Shown: piece by piece, positions 11,598-22,795 of the stretch | Position numbering within the stretch: the first letter of the stretch is position 1 | Layout: every line of letters starts with the position of its first letter | DNA from: Marinicella sp. | Lineage (GTDB): Bacteria > Pseudomonadota > Gammaproteobacteria > Xanthomonadales > Marinicellaceae | Direction of reading: 5' to 3' | NCBI GenBank assembly: GCA_965230295.1 | Contig: OZ246001.1 | Coordinates: 960,001-1,024,000 of the forward strand | Length of the DNA: 64,000 nt | The notes under the pieces: generated by a model | Told to the model about the DNA's origin: nothing | What the model saw: the letters and a program-made list of their open reading frames with translations, nothing else | The model's database searches: none | Position numbers and translations under genes: made by a program

Positions 11598-12443
11598 ATG
11601 GACAACCTGAAAAGCAACCAGAAAATAACCCAATCTCCACTGTTTAAATTTTTAATACTGGAATTCATCTGCATGCTGTTGATGATTTCTGATAAAAATA
11701 ATCAACTGGCCCAACCCATCAGGAACACTTTGTCACTGGCAGCCATTCCATTGATCAAACTCATCGAATGGCCCCAGGAAATTTATCAAATAGCTGAAAT
11801 TGCGGTTTCCAGACAGGCCAATTTGATCCAGGAAAATAACGAACTCAAAGAACAACTGTTGGATGCTGAGCTAAAAGTACAACAAAACGTATCTTTGGTG
11901 GCCGAGAATGAAAGGTTGCGGACCATGTTGGCGGCCACTCAGACTTCACCTTTGACCACCAGCGTGGCATTTGTCTCTAACATCAGCCAAACACAGAAAA
12001 CACAACATGTGGTGATTGACCAAGGCAGCCAGGATGATCTGTTTGTTGGTCAAGCCGTGCTGAATTTGGATGGTGTGATTGGCCAAATTGATGTACTGGG
12101 TCATAATTTTGCCCATGTTATTTTGATCACCGACCAAACCCACGCGATACCCATCGAAATACTGCGGACAGGTATGCGCACCATCGCTTATGGCAATGGT
12201 GAGGCAATCGTGTTGACTGAAATTCCCACCAGTGCCGACATCAAAACGGGAGATATTTTGGTGACATCAGGATTCGGCAACCGCTTTCCACGAGGCTTGA
12301 AGTTGGCTGAGATTCAAGAACTGGACGTCAGCCCTGATCGCACCTTTAAAACAGCCAATGCCAAACCATTTGCCCAACTGGATCGCCTGACAGAAGTGTT
12401 CTTGATCTGGCCCAATGATCCTTCAGACCCAGCTGATGAATAA
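11598..12443 (+). CDS. mreC: Rod shape-determining protein MreC
   Basis: TM helix, coiled coil (ENERLRTML), GDILVTSG..RFPRGL, and synteny. Confidence 0.93.
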   Translation: MDNLKSNQKITQSPLFKFLILEFICMLLMISDKNNQLAQPIRNTLSLAAIPLIKLIEWPQEIYQIAEIAVSRQANLIQENNELKEQLLDAELKVQQNVSLVAENERLRTMLAATQTSPLTTSVAFVSNISQTQKTQHVVIDQGSQDDLFVGQAVLNLDGVIGQIDVLGHNFAHVILITDQTHAIPIEILRTGMRTIAYGNGEAIVLTEIPTSADIKTGDILVTSGFGNRFPRGLKLAEIQELDVSPDRTFKTANAKPFAQLDRLTEVFLIWPNDPSDPADE

Positions 12444-12927
12444 TAAGATCAACAACCACAATACAATGTTGATGCACCTGTCTATCTTGGGTGCCATATT
12501 GTTGAGCTTGTTACCCTTGCCTGATCAGTTGGCTTTGTTCCAACCCCATTGGGTGGCTTTGTTAATTGCCTACTGGTCTTTGTATGCTGCCAACAGTCGT
12601 GTCATGTATGTGGCCTTTGCCTATGGTCTTTTGGTAGACATCTTGATGGGCAGCCTGCTAGGCAAGCATGGCATGTCTTTGGTGGCCTTGTCATTCTTGG
12701 TCACAAAATCCGCCAAACAATTACGGATGACCTCTTTTTGGCAGTTGTTGATGATGGTTCTGGTGTGGCTATTCAATGACATTGTTATCAGGGCGGTTAT
12801 AGATTGGCTCAGTTATCGATACCAACCGGAGCTAAGTGATTTGTTGCCGTTGATTACCGCCGCATTGGTTTGGCCTTGGTTGAAATACCTGATGGATCGA
12901 ATACAAACAAACATGCGCAGTTCCTGA
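12436..12927 (+). CDS. mreD: Rod shape-determining protein MreD
   Basis: Hydrophobic, with PHWVALLIAYW and GLLVDILMGSLLG, between mreC and mrdA. Confidence 0.92.
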   Translation: MNNKINNHNTMLMHLSILGAILLSLLPLPDQLALFQPHWVALLIAYWSLYAANSRVMYVAFAYGLLVDILMGSLLGKHGMSLVALSFLVTKSAKQLRMTSFWQLLMMVLVWLFNDIVIRAVIDWLSYRYQPELSDLLPLITAALVWPWLKYLMDRIQTNMRSS

Positions 12928-12928
12928 C

Positions 12929-14749
12929 ATGATGGACCAGCAACTCAAACAACCGTTCAAAGAAAGAAGAATTTTCACCGAAAGAGTCATCGTTTCTGTG
13001 GTGATTGTCAGTTTGATTTTTTTGCTGTTGTTAAGCCGGTATTTTTACCTGCAAGTGATTAAGCATCAAGATTACAGCAGTCAAGCAGATCAAAACAAAA
13101 TTAAGTTCAGTCGAATCAACCCTACACGCGGATTAATTTATGATCGAAATGGCGTTTTATTGGCGGAAAACATCACCACTTACCGATTAGAAGTCACGCC
13201 TGAAAAGACCAAAGACTTGCAACAAAAATTACAAAGCATTCGATCCATTATCGGTTTTGATGATGAACACCTGGAAAAGCTCAAGGAACAACTAAAATAC
13301 AATCCAGTCTTTAAACCACTGACGGTAAAAGCCAAACTCTCGGAGATTGAGGTCGCCCAGTTTGCCGTACAAAAACACCACTACCCCGGGTTTTCAATCA
13401 AACCCTATTTGAACAGAAAATACTTATACCCTTACGAGTTATCTCATTTATTAGGCTATGTCGGTAAAATCAGTCAATTCGAATTCAACCGCCAAGACCC
13501 TGACATATATGCCCAGGACGATTATTTTGGCAAAGCAGGGATTGAAAAGTATTATGAAAACAGTTTACATGGCATACCCGGCCAATTGATCACCGAAATC
13601 AATGCCAAGGGCAAACAGCTGAAACAAGAAATTCAATCGCCCCCAACCAACGGAACCAACCTAACCTTAACCATAGACATGAGCCTTCAGCTGGCAGCGT
13701 ATCAAGCGTTTGGCGATGAAACTGGCGCAGCGATAGCCGTTAACCCCCAAAATGGCGAAATCTTGGCCATGGTTTCTAAACCGGGCTATGACACCAATCA
13801 GTTCATTTATGGCATCAGTCAACAAAATTTTGATTTATTGGCCAACTCACCTGAAAAACCCTTGTTTGATCGCAGTATCAAGGGTGGTTATGAGCCAGGT
13901 TCCACAATCAAGCCTTACATTGCCTTGGCTGGCTTATATCACCGATTGATCACACCAGATACGACACTGGTATCAAATGGTTACTTCCAACTCCCCAAAC
14001 AAGAGCGGCGCTACCATGACTGGAAACAAGGCGGCCACGGTGAAGTTGATGTGGTGGATTCATTGGCTGAGTCAGTCAACGTATTCTTCTATGATTTGGC
14101 TTATCGATTGGGTATCGATAACATCCACGGGTTTTTGGCACCATTTAAATTCGGGCACATCACCGGCATCGATATTGCCGGCGAGAAAAAAGGTATACTG
14201 CCGTCCAGAGAATGGAAACAAGCCAATCGCAACATGATATGGTTTCCAGGGGAAACGGTGATCACAGGTATTGGCCAAGGGTATTTTGTGATCACCCCAG
14301 TACAAATGGCCCAAGCCTTGTCAGTACTGGCATCGAAAGGACAGATCAACCCGTTGCATTTGGTACAAAAAGCAACCACACCCAACACTTTGCCCTTTGT
14401 GATCAGTGAAAACCATTGGAGTACCGTTCACCAAGGCATGACGGATGTGGTTAACGCCGTCAATGGTACAGCCCGTTCCATTCAATCACCAGATTATTTG
14501 ATTGCAGGTAAAAGTGGCACTTCCCAGGTGTTTGGTAAAAGCGAAGAAGACATCTACAAAAAAGACGAAGAATTACCAAAACACCTAAGAAATCACGCTT
14601 TGTTCATTGCTTTTGCGCCAGCGGAACAACCTGAAATAGCCGTGGTGGTGGTGGCTGAGCATGGCGCCAGCGGTACCAAAGCAGCCGCCCCGATTGCCCG
14701 CAGCATCATCGATGCTTACATGCTAAAGAGAACCAGCGAAGGGACCTGA
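12929..14749 (+). CDS. mrdA: Penicillin-binding protein 2
   Basis: PTRGLIYDRNG, SxxK (GSTIK), SxN (SVN) and KSG motifs. Confidence 0.95.
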   Translation: MMDQQLKQPFKERRIFTERVIVSVVIVSLIFLLLLSRYFYLQVIKHQDYSSQADQNKIKFSRINPTRGLIYDRNGVLLAENITTYRLEVTPEKTKDLQQKLQSIRSIIGFDDEHLEKLKEQLKYNPVFKPLTVKAKLSEIEVAQFAVQKHHYPGFSIKPYLNRKYLYPYELSHLLGYVGKISQFEFNRQDPDIYAQDDYFGKAGIEKYYENSLHGIPGQLITEINAKGKQLKQEIQSPPTNGTNLTLTIDMSLQLAAYQAFGDETGAAIAVNPQNGEILAMVSKPGYDTNQFIYGISQQNFDLLANSPEKPLFDRSIKGGYEPGSTIKPYIALAGLYHRLITPDTTLVSNGYFQLPKQERRYHDWKQGGHGEVDVVDSLAESVNVFFYDLAYRLGIDNIHGFLAPFKFGHITGIDIAGEKKGILPSREWKQANRNMIWFPGETVITGIGQGYFVITPVQMAQALSVLASKGQINPLHLVQKATTPNTLPFVISENHWSTVHQGMTDVVNAVNGTARSIQSPDYLIAGKSGTSQVFGKSEEDIYKKDEELPKHLRNHALFIAFAPAEQPEIAVVVVAEHGASGTKAAAPIARSIIDAYMLKRTSEGT

Positions 14750-15825
14750 TGAAAAAACGATTTTTCACATACATTCCAGACCCTTTTTTAATGACATTGC
14801 TGCTGTTGGTTTTGGGTTTTGGGTTGGTGGTTTTGTACAGTGCCGGGGGCATGGTCCTGGTTGAACGGCAAGCGATTCGAATTGGTTTGGGTTTGTTTGG
14901 CCTGTATTTCATTACCCAGATCAGACCTGAACGGTTTGAACAATTTTCGCCTTTGGTTTATTTAGGCTCAGTGATGTTGTTGGTGGCGGTCTTCTTTTTT
15001 GGCATCACGGTGAAAGGCGCGCAACGTTGGCTGGACTTAGGCATCAGCATTCAACCATCGGAACTGTGCAAGATTTCTCTGCCCATGATGGTTGCCTGGA
15101 TCTTTCGGCACACACCCTTGCCTCCCAATTGGAAACATTTACTGGCTGCAGCGGTCGTGATTGGAGTGTGTACGGGGTTGATTTATAAACAACCTGATTT
15201 AGGCACCTCAATTTTGGTGGCTGCCAGTGGCTTATTTGTGATTTTCCTGGCTGGCATTTCCTGGCGATTGATTATGGGTGCCGGTCTATTGGTAGGCTTG
15301 TCATTACCCGTCTTATGGCAATTCCTCCATGAGTACCAAAAACAACGCGTGTTGATGTTTTTAAACCCTGAAGCAGATCCGTTGAACCATGGCTGGAACA
15401 TCATTCAGTCTAAGATTGCCATTGGCTCTGGAGGCTTTTGGGGTAAGGGCTGGACGATGGGCAGCCAAACCCAGCTGGACTTTTTACCAGAACATTCTAC
15501 TGACTTTATCCTCTCGGTGTTGTCTGAAGAATTTGGCTTTTTTGGGGTATTGATGCTGTTCTTGTTGTACTTCATGATCATCATGCGATGCTTCTTCATC
15601 GCCCAACAAGCAAAAAACACCTACAATCGTTTGGTTTGTGGGGCACTTACTTTGATTTTCTTTGTCTACATTACCATCAATGCTGGCATGATATCAGGTG
15701 TGTTGCCGGTGGTGGGTGTACCACTGCCGCTGGTCAGTTATGGAGGTACATCAGTACTTACATTAATGGCATCATTTGGTATCATAACTTCTGTTCACTC
15801 ACATAAAAAATTAATACAACAATGA
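14749..15825 (+). CDS. rodA: Rod shape-determining SEDS glycosyltransferase RodA
   Basis: GAQRW, QPSE, QPDLGT, FLPEHSTDFI and PLPLVSYGGTS. Confidence 0.96.
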   Translation: MKKRFFTYIPDPFLMTLLLLVLGFGLVVLYSAGGMVLVERQAIRIGLGLFGLYFITQIRPERFEQFSPLVYLGSVMLLVAVFFFGITVKGAQRWLDLGISIQPSELCKISLPMMVAWIFRHTPLPPNWKHLLAAAVVIGVCTGLIYKQPDLGTSILVAASGLFVIFLAGISWRLIMGAGLLVGLSLPVLWQFLHEYQKQRVLMFLNPEADPLNHGWNIIQSKIAIGSGGFWGKGWTMGSQTQLDFLPEHSTDFILSVLSEEFGFFGVLMLFLLYFMIIMRCFFIAQQAKNTYNRLVCGALTLIFFVYITINAGMISGVLPVVGVPLPLVSYGGTSVLTLMASFGIITSVHSHKKLIQQ

Positions 15826-16784
15826 AAACGACTCTCTTTTTAAGTTTCACCCTGATGTTCACACTGATTTCAACTTTGGCTGTGGCAAAAGTTGACCTCC
15901 GACAAGTTGATGAATTCATCCAAACAACAGCCAAAGATAACGGCCTTGACCCCCAATGGGTTCGGCAGATTATTTCTCAAGCCAACCACCAACAAAGCAT
16001 CATCGATGCCATGAACAAACCAGCTGAAAAAACCCTAAAATGGTTTGAGTACAGAAAGATTTTTATGACTGAAAAGCGCACCCGTGAAGGGGTTGAGTTC
16101 TGGCAAAAACACCAAGCAGTGTTGGATCAGGTCTCCACAGAAACAGGTGTTCCTTCAGAAGTTATAGTAGCCATCATTGGCGTTGAAACTTTTTACGGGC
16201 GCATCATGGGCAACCACAAGGTACTTGATGCCTTATACACTTTGGCATTTGATTACCCCAAACGCTCCAAATTTTTCACCAGTGAATTGAAACACTTTTT
16301 ATTGTTAGCTCAAGAAAATCACGTCGACCCTTTAGCAGCCAAAGGATCCTATGCAGGGGCGATGGGTTTTGGGCAATTCATGCCTTCCAGTTATCGCCAT
16401 TATGCAGTGGATTACGAGTCAGACAAACGGATTGATCTGTTGAACAATCCCCAAGATGCCATTGCCAGTGTTGCTAATTATCTGAAAAAACACAAATGGC
16501 AACCAGGTGGCGAAGTTTTGAAAGCCATAGAAAAACCCAATTTAGAAGTTAAATATAACCAACTGAAGCCACATCTTGAGGACCACAAACGCAAGCAAAA
16601 ATTCACCGTTCTGAAATTAGACTTGGCCGAAGGAGAGCAAGCCTACTGGCAAGGGTTCAATAACTTTTATGTGATCTCAAGATACAACCATTCACACATG
16701 TATGTGAATGCCGTTTACCAACTTTCACAAGCCATCAAGGCCATGAAAGATGGCACCACAGTGGCCCAAGAGTACACGCGATGA
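15822..16784 (+). CDS. mltB: Lytic murein transglycosylase B
   Basis: IIGVETFYG, GSYAGAMGFGQFMPSSY and YNHS. Confidence 0.94.
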   Translation: MKTTLFLSFTLMFTLISTLAVAKVDLRQVDEFIQTTAKDNGLDPQWVRQIISQANHQQSIIDAMNKPAEKTLKWFEYRKIFMTEKRTREGVEFWQKHQAVLDQVSTETGVPSEVIVAIIGVETFYGRIMGNHKVLDALYTLAFDYPKRSKFFTSELKHFLLLAQENHVDPLAAKGSYAGAMGFGQFMPSSYRHYAVDYESDKRIDLLNNPQDAIASVANYLKKHKWQPGGEVLKAIEKPNLEVKYNQLKPHLEDHKRKQKFTVLKLDLAEGEQAYWQGFNNFYVISRYNHSHMYVNAVYQLSQAIKAMKDGTTVAQEYTR

Positions 16785-17548
16785 TCAGGCCGATGTTGCG
16801 ATTAATGACATTGATTTTGATCTCCAGCTTGTTGGTAACAGGTTGCGGTAGAAAAGATCGGTACAAAGACATCGATACCAGTAAGATCAAACCTTGGGTG
16901 CCAAAATCTGAACCCTTAAGTAAATATGGCAATCACAGCCCATATCGCGTCTATGGCAAGGTGTATAGAGTCAACAACAATCCAGCGGGGTACACCGAAA
17001 CAGGCAAAGCCTCATGGTATGGCAAAAAATTTCACGGTCGTCCCACTTCCAATCAAGAAGTATTTGACATGTATAAACTGACTGCTGCGCACAAAACCCT
17101 GCCCTTACCAAGCTACGTTGAAGTGACTAATTTAAAGAACAATAAGCAGGTGGTTGTCAGGGTCAATGACCGGGGTCCTTTCGTGGGTGACCGCATCATC
17201 GATTTGTCTTATGCAGCAGCCAAGGCACTGGATTTTGTTCACGAAGGCATTGCAGAAGTAAAAATCCGAGTGGTGAATTCTCCCAAAGATTTGCAAAAAA
17301 ACCCGATCAAACAAGGCCTGACCTATCTTCAATTGGGTGCTTTTGCTGATAAGAATGCCGCTTATAATTTGGCAAAAAAAGCCAGTCAACTACTTGGAAT
17401 TGAAACCTTTGTCACCATATTATCAACCCAATCTGGTGCCCTGCATAGAGTCAGAATTGGTCCCGTACAATCTGAGACCTTGGTTAACCAGTTGATCAAC
17501 AAAATAACCGCCAATGGCATCCCTGATGCCAAAGTGATTACAGAGTAA
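16781..17548 (+). CDS. rlpA: Septal ring lytic transglycosylase RlpA lipoprotein (DPBB + SPOR)
   Basis: Lipobox VTGC, GKASWYG, TAAHKTLPLPS, RVNDRGPF and a C-terminal SPOR domain. Confidence 0.94.
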   Translation: MIRPMLRLMTLILISSLLVTGCGRKDRYKDIDTSKIKPWVPKSEPLSKYGNHSPYRVYGKVYRVNNNPAGYTETGKASWYGKKFHGRPTSNQEVFDMYKLTAAHKTLPLPSYVEVTNLKNNKQVVVRVNDRGPFVGDRIIDLSYAAAKALDFVHEGIAEVKIRVVNSPKDLQKNPIKQGLTYLQLGAFADKNAAYNLAKKASQLLGIETFVTILSTQSGALHRVRIGPVQSETLVNQLINKITANGIPDAKVITE

Positions 17549-17553
17549 AATCC

Positions 17554-18714
17554 ATGCAAAATAAAAACCACCCCATTTTACTGTGCTGCCTATTGTTTTT
17601 GACCCATTGGGTTTCAGCACAAACCAACACCACACCTCAACCACCTCAAGTCAATGCCAGCAGCTATATCCTGATGGATTACCACAGTGGGCGTGTTTTG
17701 GCTTCCAACAATCCAGATTTACAAGTAGAACCAGCGAGCATCACCAAAATGATGACTGCTTATGTGGTGTTCTCAGAAATCAAATCTGGCAATTTATCAT
17801 TGGATGAAATGATCACTGTCAGTGAAAAAGCATGGCGCACTGGCGGCTCAAAAATGTTCATAGAAGTGGATAAACAGGTCAAAGTGGAAGATTTGATTCG
17901 AGGCATGATCATTCAGTCAGGTAATGATGCCTGTGTGGCCTTGGCAGAACACATCGCCGGCAGTGAAGAAGTGTTTGCCAGCATGATGAACCAGCATGCC
18001 AAGCAGTTAGGCATGCAGAATTCGGCTTTTTACAACGCCACCGGATTACCTGCAGAAGGTCATTTGGTCACGGCCAGCGATGTGGCTTTGTTGGGCCGTG
18101 CATTGATCGCAGATTTCCCTGATCTTTATCATTTCTACGCTGAAAAAGAATTCACTTTCAATAAAATCAAACAACACAATCGCAACACTTTGTTGTACCG
18201 CGACCCCACTGTAGACGGCTTCAAAACTGGCCACACTGAAGCTGCCGGTTATTGTCTGGCCACCTCAGCAGTTCGCAATGGCATGCGTTTGATCAATGTC
18301 ATCATGGGCACCGAGTCAGAAAAAGCCCGGGCAGATGAAACACAAAAACTGATCAATTACGGTTTCAGGTTTTATGAAACACATAAACTCTATCGGGCTG
18401 GCGAACAGCGCGTCTCGCAGGAAATATGGAAGGGAGAGGAAGAAGAAATTCCATTGGGTCTGGCCAATGATTTGTTCATCACCATTCCCAAAGGCAGCTA
18501 TGAACAATTAGAAGCCAATGCCGACATTCCAGGTTTACTGACCGCACCCATCCAGCAAGGTACTCAGCTGGGTACATTGAATGTCACACTCAACGGTGAA
18601 CCGGTAGCAATCAAACCCTTGGTGGCTCTTCAAACTGCCGAGCAAGCTGGCTGGTGGTCTCGCAGTATGGATGGCATCGGTTTGTGGTTCAAATCATTTG
18701 GAGACGATGACTGA
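17554..18714 (+). CDS. dacA: D-alanyl-D-alanine carboxypeptidase (PBP5/6)
   Basis: PASITK, SGND and KTG motifs, plus synteny. Confidence 0.9.
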   Translation: MQNKNHPILLCCLLFLTHWVSAQTNTTPQPPQVNASSYILMDYHSGRVLASNNPDLQVEPASITKMMTAYVVFSEIKSGNLSLDEMITVSEKAWRTGGSKMFIEVDKQVKVEDLIRGMIIQSGNDACVALAEHIAGSEEVFASMMNQHAKQLGMQNSAFYNATGLPAEGHLVTASDVALLGRALIADFPDLYHFYAEKEFTFNKIKQHNRNTLLYRDPTVDGFKTGHTEAAGYCLATSAVRNGMRLINVIMGTESEKARADETQKLINYGFRFYETHKLYRAGEQRVSQEIWKGEEEEIPLGLANDLFITIPKGSYEQLEANADIPGLLTAPIQQGTQLGTLNVTLNGEPVAIKPLVALQTAEQAGWWSRSMDGIGLWFKSFGDDD

Positions 18715-18992
18715 TGCAAAATCTGGACGAACTTGAAGGCAAAGGTTTTGAGTTTCCTTGTGAATACCCAGTCAAGGCAATGGGACCCAACACCGATGAA
18801 TTTGTTGAAACCATCATGGCTACAGTGCGAGAACATGCCCCTGAAGTTTCCAGCAATTCAGTTCACACCAAAACCAGTTCGACAGGCAAGTATAAATCGG
18901 TCACTGTGTTGGTTTATGCCCAGTCAAAAGACCATTTGATTGGTATCTATGAAGACTTAAGAAAAAATAAGGATGTGTTGTGGACCCTGTGA
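18714..18992 (+). CDS. ybeD: YbeD/DUF493 family protein
   Basis: [13 protein letters not shown] and [10 protein letters not shown], between dacA and lipB. Confidence 0.88.
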   Translation: MQNLDELEGKGFEFPCEYPVKAMGPNTDEFVETIMATVREHAPEVSSNSVHTKTSSTGKYKSVTVLVYAQSKDHLIGIYEDLRKNKDVLWTL

Positions 18993-19627
18993 ACCACCCC
19001 ATTCGCATCAAGCACCTGGGTCACCAGGCTTATGAACCGGTTTGGCGTGCCATGCAAAAATTCACTGACGAACGTGACGCCAACACCACCGATGAATTGT
19101 GGCTGGTCGAACACCCACCTGTATTTACCCAAGGGTTGGCTGGTAAAGCTGAACATGTATTGGCCGCTGGTGACATACCCGTTATTCAAGTGGACCGAGG
19201 CGGACAAGTCACCTACCACGGTCCTGGACAGATTGTTGCCTACCCGCTGATCAACCTGCGACGCCATGGCATTGGGGTGAAGTCATTGGTTCATGGTATC
19301 GAACAAGCCATCATTGATACGGTGGCACAATATGGCGTGTCAGCTGCTCGTAAAGACAACGCCCCGGGTGTCTATGTAGACGGTGCGAAAATTGCCTCCT
19401 TGGGTTTGAGGATTCGCAAAGCGTGTTCTTTCCATGGATTGGCATTTAACATCAAAATGGACTTAGAACCTTTCCAAAGAATCAATCCTTGTGGCTTTTC
19501 AGGCTTGGAAGTCATACAATTGGCGGACTTGGCACCTGGTGTTGAAATCAACACGGTAGAACAACAGTTGATTACGGCCTTTTGCCAGCATTTAAATTTC
19601 ACTGCATCCACCGAGCATGCAGCGTAA
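18989..19627 (+). CDS. lipB: Octanoyltransferase
   Basis: [30 protein letters not shown] and INPCG. The GTG start overlaps the ybeD stop. Confidence 0.96.
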   Translation: MNHPIRIKHLGHQAYEPVWRAMQKFTDERDANTTDELWLVEHPPVFTQGLAGKAEHVLAAGDIPVIQVDRGGQVTYHGPGQIVAYPLINLRRHGIGVKSLVHGIEQAIIDTVAQYGVSAARKDNAPGVYVDGAKIASLGLRIRKACSFHGLAFNIKMDLEPFQRINPCGFSGLEVIQLADLAPGVEINTVEQQLITAFCQHLNFTASTEHAA

Positions 19628-19642
19628 GACGCACAGAACAAC

Positions 19643-20650
19643 ATGAATAACAAGATACCCCTGAACATCCAATCATCAAAAACAGCTGGCCCAAAGTCCA
19701 ACGGACCTAAAGTGGCCGGTGCCAAAGAATTGGGCGCCAAGAAAACCGATCGCAGCCGAGCAGGCTTTGACACGGATGCACCCCGTTTACGCAAACCTGA
19801 TTGGATAAGAGTGCGCATTCCAACTGGCAATGCGGTGCAAAAACTAAAAAGCAAATTACGCACCAATTCTTTGGTCACTGTATGTGAAGAAGCCTCATGC
19901 CCAAATATACACGAATGCTTTGGCAAAGGGACCGCCACTTTCATGATCTTGGGCGAAGTGTGTACCCGCCGATGCTCATTCTGCGATGTGGCCCATGGCC
20001 GCCCTTTACCTCCAGACACCAAAGAGGCTGAAAACCTGGCCCAAACCATCGCTGATATGGGCCTCAGTTATGTGGTCATCACTTCTGTTGATCGCGATGA
20101 TTTGAAAGATGGCGGCGCACAGCATTTTGTCGATTGCATTGCCGCGGTTCGTGATAAAAACCCTGACATCCAGATTGAAATCCTGACTCCTGACTTCCGT
20201 GGCAAAGGCCGCATGGACAAAGCCCTGGAAATTTTGGCCCAAAGCCCGCCTGATGTGTTCAACCACAACTTAGAGACGGCATATGCCTTATACAAAACCG
20301 TCAGACCAGGTGCTGATTACCAATGGTCGCTGGATTTATTGAAAAAATTCAAAGCGCAGCACCCTGAGATCCCCACCAAATCAGGTATCATGGTAGGCTT
20401 GGGTGAAACTTATGAACAGGTTCAGGAAACTTTACAACATTTGGCTGATCATGATGTAGAAATGATCACCATTGGACAATACCTGCAACCCACCCAAGGT
20501 CATCACCCTGTGTTGAATTACTGGACCCCGGATGAATTCAAAGCCATCGAAGAATATGGTTATTCCTTGGGCTTCAAACACATTGCCGCAGGACCACTGG
20601 TGCGTTCTTCATATCACGCCGATGTTCAAGCCCACCAAGCCGGAGTCTAA
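19643..20650 (+). CDS. lipA: Lipoyl synthase
   Basis: [20 protein letters not shown] radical SAM motif and RSSYHA. Confidence 0.98.
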   Translation: MNNKIPLNIQSSKTAGPKSNGPKVAGAKELGAKKTDRSRAGFDTDAPRLRKPDWIRVRIPTGNAVQKLKSKLRTNSLVTVCEEASCPNIHECFGKGTATFMILGEVCTRRCSFCDVAHGRPLPPDTKEAENLAQTIADMGLSYVVITSVDRDDLKDGGAQHFVDCIAAVRDKNPDIQIEILTPDFRGKGRMDKALEILAQSPPDVFNHNLETAYALYKTVRPGADYQWSLDLLKKFKAQHPEIPTKSGIMVGLGETYEQVQETLQHLADHDVEMITIGQYLQPTQGHHPVLNYWTPDEFKAIEEYGYSLGFKHIAAGPLVRSSYHADVQAHQAGV

Positions 20651-20663
20651 TGTGGATTCCAAA

Positions 20664-20743
20664 GATAAATTGGACTGAACAATGGTAATTTGTACTGTAC
20701 ATCGCTATTTTGTACTGTACAGCGCTATCTTGGACTGATGAGC
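20664..20743 (+). repeat. Four tandem 20-bp putative TnsB (transposase) binding sites
   Basis: GATAAATTGGACTGAACAAT, GGTAATTTGTACTGTACATC, GCTATTTTGTACTGTACAGC and GCTATCTTGGACTGATGAGC at an exact 20-bp period inside the transposon end. Confidence 0.8.
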
Positions 20744-20749
20744 GCAGAA

Positions 20750-21034
20750 CTACTCAAACTCTCCTACTTTCCCGATTATGGGCGCATATGGAGGGTTGAG
20801 TGGGTATACGACATTCAGTACATCCGGCGTATAAATCCTTTTCCTATTCTGGTCATCGTTCCATTCAATTTGAACAGGTTGAACCTCAAATTTGCTAACA
20901 TTTGACTTAAATTCAAAATATATCAGCACATCCCTTTCAAGTGTAGATTCAAATCCAGCATCACCAATCGATTTAACACTTGGCAGCAACCCTGTTAAGT
21001 TTCTGTAATTTTTTGGTATTTTCCGAACAGACAC
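20750..21034 (-). pseudogene. tnsA: Truncated TnsA-like endonuclease (N-terminal fragment)
   Basis: RKIPKNYRNLTG, FESTLERD, FEVQPVQI and YTPD are TnsA N-domain motifs. Homology breaks off shortly after YTPDVL. No tnsB, tnsC or tniQ is present. Confidence 0.82.
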
Positions 21035-21343
21035 AAATGCATAACAAATTAATTCCTAACAATATTATACGTTACATATAAATTACAACTTAGTATATAT
21101 TTTTATTGATACAATCCAAAATATCACTGTACAAAAACATGATGTATAAAATATTTTTCTTTATTTGCAAACAGTTAAACCTTTATATTAATATATTTTT
21201 TCAACAACTCTTCTTTTCGAGTCAAGTTGCAAATCGAATTCTGTTGCTGTATGGCGACTTTTCATTACTACATTTATGAGCATTTAAATTGATCAAATTC
21301 CATCATTTAAGTGCGCTTTTAACAAAGGACTTAAGGTGAAATA

Positions 21344-22795
21344 ATGAGTAAACGATTCCTAATTTTAACTTTACTAGTTTCTGCGAACTTCTCTTCTGTT
21401 TATGCAGATGATTTATTCGATTCTATAATCCCCAATAGCGGGACAATATCCCCAAGACCAACGGTTAATTCCTTCAATGATGTCGAAGTAAATTTTGATG
21501 CACTCGCTGAAGCACCCGAAACTTTAGACATCACATTACCAAATTCAGCATTGATTACTGTCACAATGAGTGACTTTCGATACCGTCGTGGTTATCAGTT
21601 TCCTGATGATGAAGATGATCCACCAGGCACACCCATTACTATAATTCCCGGATTCCCAATCGATGACATGAGTTACAAATGGAGTGGTGGTAACGACCAG
21701 TGGGATGTTTTACTTACTGTAACCAGGGGTGTTTTATACGGCATCATCACCAGTAACGATAAACGTTATGGAATTTCCAAAGTCAATGGCACAGACTATG
21801 CATTGGCTGATTACAATCTACAGGCATTCAGACCGCTTGATGGTGCTGCTGGCACACCTATTCCTACTCCAACTAATCGAAGCAGTATTCTTGAAGGGCC
21901 TACAATCGACAATACATCAATCAGTCATTTAAAGTCTTATGATAATTCAGGAAAGTCATTAACTGATGATCTAACCAGAGGTAGTTCCACAAATTTAGAT
22001 GTCCTCATCATTTGGACAGAAGACGCAAGAATTGAAGCAGGGGGAAACCCAGGAGATTTAAATGATACTGCCGATATCGATGCATTAATGGTAACTGCTA
22101 TTGACCATGCAAATGAAGCTTTTACAAACAGTGAAGCAAACACAAGAGCAACAAAGTTTCATACAGCAAAATTAAATGGATTTGTCTACCACGGCTCTAC
22201 TGTGAACCCTGTACCAGATGATGCATTTGCAATAGATTTAGAAAACCTTACAGCTATAACTTCTGTTCAAACTTTAAGAACTCAAGTAGGCGCAGATGTG
22301 GTCACTGCTATCATGGCTCCTAGTGCAACTGTATTTACGCCATGTGGAGTCTCATGGGTTTAGACTTTTCCAACATGCAGTGATTTAAGACCCGATTCAA
22401 ATTGTGATACTGGTGTAGATTTTGAAGATTTCACTTACAACATCACAGTTCAAGAATGCGTTTTGTTTACCGATGCTTATACACATGAATTTGGACATTT
22501 AATGGGTGCAAATCATATTTTCACAGAACTTACGTCAACATGGAGAAATGCTGTAGTAAGTAATGGATACCCAGAAGCATTTGGGTATTCAAACTCTACT
22601 TTCAGGTCAATTATGTCAGTTACCAACGTTACTTCAAGGCGTTTGAATTTCTCAAACCCTCTAGTAACTGTAAATGGCGTAGTAACTGGTGTATCGGGTA
22701 GTGCAGATAATACGTCTACAATTGACTCATTGACTCCTACAATGGCAAACTACAGAACACGACCTGATTTAATTTTCGAAAGTGGATTTGAGTGA
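21344..22795 (+). pseudogene. Secreted reprolysin/M12-like zinc metalloprotease interrupted by one in-frame TAG (22361-22363)
   Basis: ORFs 21344-22363 and 22463-22795 are in the same frame. Reading through the TAG gives an unbroken sequence to HEFGHLMGANH, the Met-turn SIMS, FSNP and a C-terminal DLIFESGFE. Confidence 0.8.

Noticed and set aside
19372-20049. 225-aa minus-strand ORF
   Set aside because: It is an antisense shadow of lipB/lipA with no independent motifs.
20664-20743. 20-bp periodic repeats as a mini CRISPR array
   Set aside because: The units are contiguous with no unique spacers, lie inside a TGT-initiated transposon end and recur at the other end. No cas genes are present in the window.
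22361-22363. Pyrrolysine/selenocysteine recoding of the in-frame stop
   Set aside because: The codon is TAG, not the Sec codon TGA. No pyl genes are visible and the position is not catalytic, so a nonsense mutation is simpler.
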